Positions 62,624-64,000 of a stretch of DNA of 64,000 bases are shown piece after piece. The position numbers were made by a program, and so were the translations under genes. The DNA lies in assembly GCA_963836755.1 (NCBI GenBank), contig CAWIKF010000002.1:1184001-1248000 (forward strand). Direction: 5' to 3'. This DNA is from an uncultured Verrucomicrobiae bacterium. Lineage in GTDB: Bacteria > Verrucomicrobiota > Verrucomicrobiia > Chthoniobacterales > Chthoniobacteraceae. Positions within the stretch are counted from its first letter, which is position 1. Each line of letters begins with the position of its first letter. The notes below the pieces were generated by a model. It saw nothing but the letters and a program-made list of their open reading frames with translations, was not told the DNA's origin and ran no database searches.

Positions 62624-63583
62624 CTAGCTCTTCTTTTCCACGATCCAGATATTCCGATAGACCACTGGATTGTTGTGAAGTTGCAGGTAGAGCGGTGCCG
62701 GTTCCGGTCCTTCTTTGTGACCGGCACTGCGCGTGGCGCGTGGAATCTCCGTGTGATCCTGCACCAGCACGCCGTTCTGCCGGACAGTCGCGAAAGCATT
62801 CGCAGTTTTCTTCCCAGCCGCATCATACTTTGCCGCAGTGAAATCGATGTCGTAGGTCTGCCATTGCAGCGCCGGGAGGCACATGTTCACCAGCGGCTTT
62901 GCGATTTCATAGATCGCGCCGCACTCATTCTCGGCGCCGCTCAGGCCAAAGGAATCGAGCACCTGCACTTCATAGCGATCCTGCAGATAGACGCCGCTGT
63001 TCCCGCGCTCCTGGCCTCGCGCGAATGGCTTGAAAGGAAGCAGGAATTCGACATGGAGCGTGAAGTCCTTGAAAGCTTTCTTCGTCTTCACCCCGCACTG
63101 GAGAACGTCGCCCGGCAGGATCTTGCCATTCTCCCACTCATCCACATTTTTGCCGTCGAAAAGCACCAGCGCCCCCGCGGGCGGCGGCGCCATCTCGGTC
63201 GGCGACTTCCGCATCGTATGCTTCGCCGTCACGGTCTTCCCGTCTTTATTGGTAGCTGTGATTTTGTCGCCGACGATCTCGCCCTTCCAATCGTCGTTTT
63301 TAAAAACAACCTTGTCGCCCTCACGCGCCGCATCCATTTCCGTCTTCCTTTCCGCCTGCGGAGAAGCGCCCGGCAAACCCGGCGCCCAGCCGACGATGTG
63401 GAATTTCCCATCGCCCAGAGCGATGACTTGAGCCCCGCCGTCATCGCCGACGTATTCGCCCTGCACGGAGTAATCGGGCCCCGCTTTTGCAGGATCGGTG
63501 TAGACAGGATGCTTATCCTCCGCGCGGAGAGACGAAGCGAGGGAAAGCGACAATAGTGACAGGATGACGAGGGGAGCACGCAT
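62624..63583 (-). CDS. Secreted DUF1080 (3-keto-disaccharide hydrolase family) protein
   Basis: LFDG, FKDFTLHVEF, GNSGVY, YEVQVLD, WQTYDI, LQLH, YRNIWI. Confidence 0.88.
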   Translation of the reverse strand: MRAPLVILSLLSLSLASSLRAEDKHPVYTDPAKAGPDYSVQGEYVGDDGGAQVIALGDGKFHIVGWAPGLPGASPQAERKTEMDAAREGDKVVFKNDDWKGEIVGDKITATNKDGKTVTAKHTMRKSPTEMAPPPAGALVLFDGKNVDEWENGKILPGDVLQCGVKTKKAFKDFTLHVEFLLPFKPFARGQERGNSGVYLQDRYEVQVLDSFGLSGAENECGAIYEIAKPLVNMCLPALQWQTYDIDFTAAKYDAAGKKTANAFATVRQNGVLVQDHTEIPRATRSAGHKEGPEPAPLYLQLHNNPVVYRNIWIVEKKS

Positions 63584-63617
63584 GAGGCAGAGACTTAAAT
63601 GCGTGCGGAGGGAATCG

Positions 63618-64000
63618 TCAAGCAGTCCTCTCTTGGGACGGCATCTCGAAAACCCGCTGATCCCCGCTTGGCTCAGCCTTCGCCTTTTTATAGCCGGTGT
63701 CCGGCTGGTAATCGGGATGCTCCGCCCGTTGCGTCTTATTTAGCAGCCCTTCGATGGTCAGCAGTTGCAACCGCGGAACCTTCTTCCCTGTCTCGCTTTC
63801 GTAAAAACCAGCCGCCGCCGCTTCCGTCTGCATCGCTTTCGTCGGCGCGGCGAGCGTGATGAAAAGACCGATGTCCGCCTTGTCGCGGGCCAGCGTCGCG
63901 ATCAAATCCTTCACCATCGCCGGGCCGACATTCTCGCCGCCCTTCACGCTGATGAGGATGGTGTGGACTTCCTTCCGGTCCCAATCGCGGAAATACCGGA
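63618..64000 (-). CDS. C-terminal restriction-endonuclease-like (Mrr-type) domain, probably of a DNA methyltransferase fusion; truncated by window
   Basis: Frame open to window edge; ILISVKGG...VKDL...IGLFITL..PT..M..EA...GFY...PRLQLLTIEGLL pattern. Confidence 0.65.
   Translation of the reverse strand, partial: RYFRDWDRKEVHTILISVKGGENVGPAMVKDLIATLARDKADIGLFITLAAPTKAMQTEAAAAGFYESETGKKVPRLQLLTIEGLLNKTQRAEHPDYQPDTGYKKAKAEPSGDQRVFEMPSQERTA

Overview
GC-rich bacterial chromosome segment. Gene style and content (short delta subunit in an atp operon lacking atpI, few Shine-Dalgarno sites, PVC-type propeller and DUF1080 genes) suggest a Verrucomicrobiota/Chthoniobacterales-like organism; this is inference. 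Most of the window is housekeeping: rhamnose/glycosyltransferase genes, atpBEFHAGDC, rplU-rpmA, trmL, gltX, parB, efp, RNase P RNA, Fur-family regulator plus sufCBD, yacG, trpD, gcvTHP, def, an ExbBD/TonB-like set, rex, ald and three tRNAs. Accessory blocks are CAZymes and a PaoABC-like molybdoenzyme cluster after tRNA-Arg, and a DUF1080/blue-copper/beta-propeller operon plus the end of a methylase-restriction-type gene after tRNA-Leu. The most unusual element lies between efp and mscS: about 10 exactly phased 21-bp degenerate repeats with a palindromic core (CCGTCGCGACGG), directly upstream of an orphan 233-aa gene. Other points of note are a consensus Rex operator before the atp operon, a catalytically degenerate circularly permuted ATP-grasp/alpha-E fusion, an inverted repeat before fur-suf, and apparently leaderless gcv promoters. 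All assignments come from reading motifs by eye; no database searches were run.
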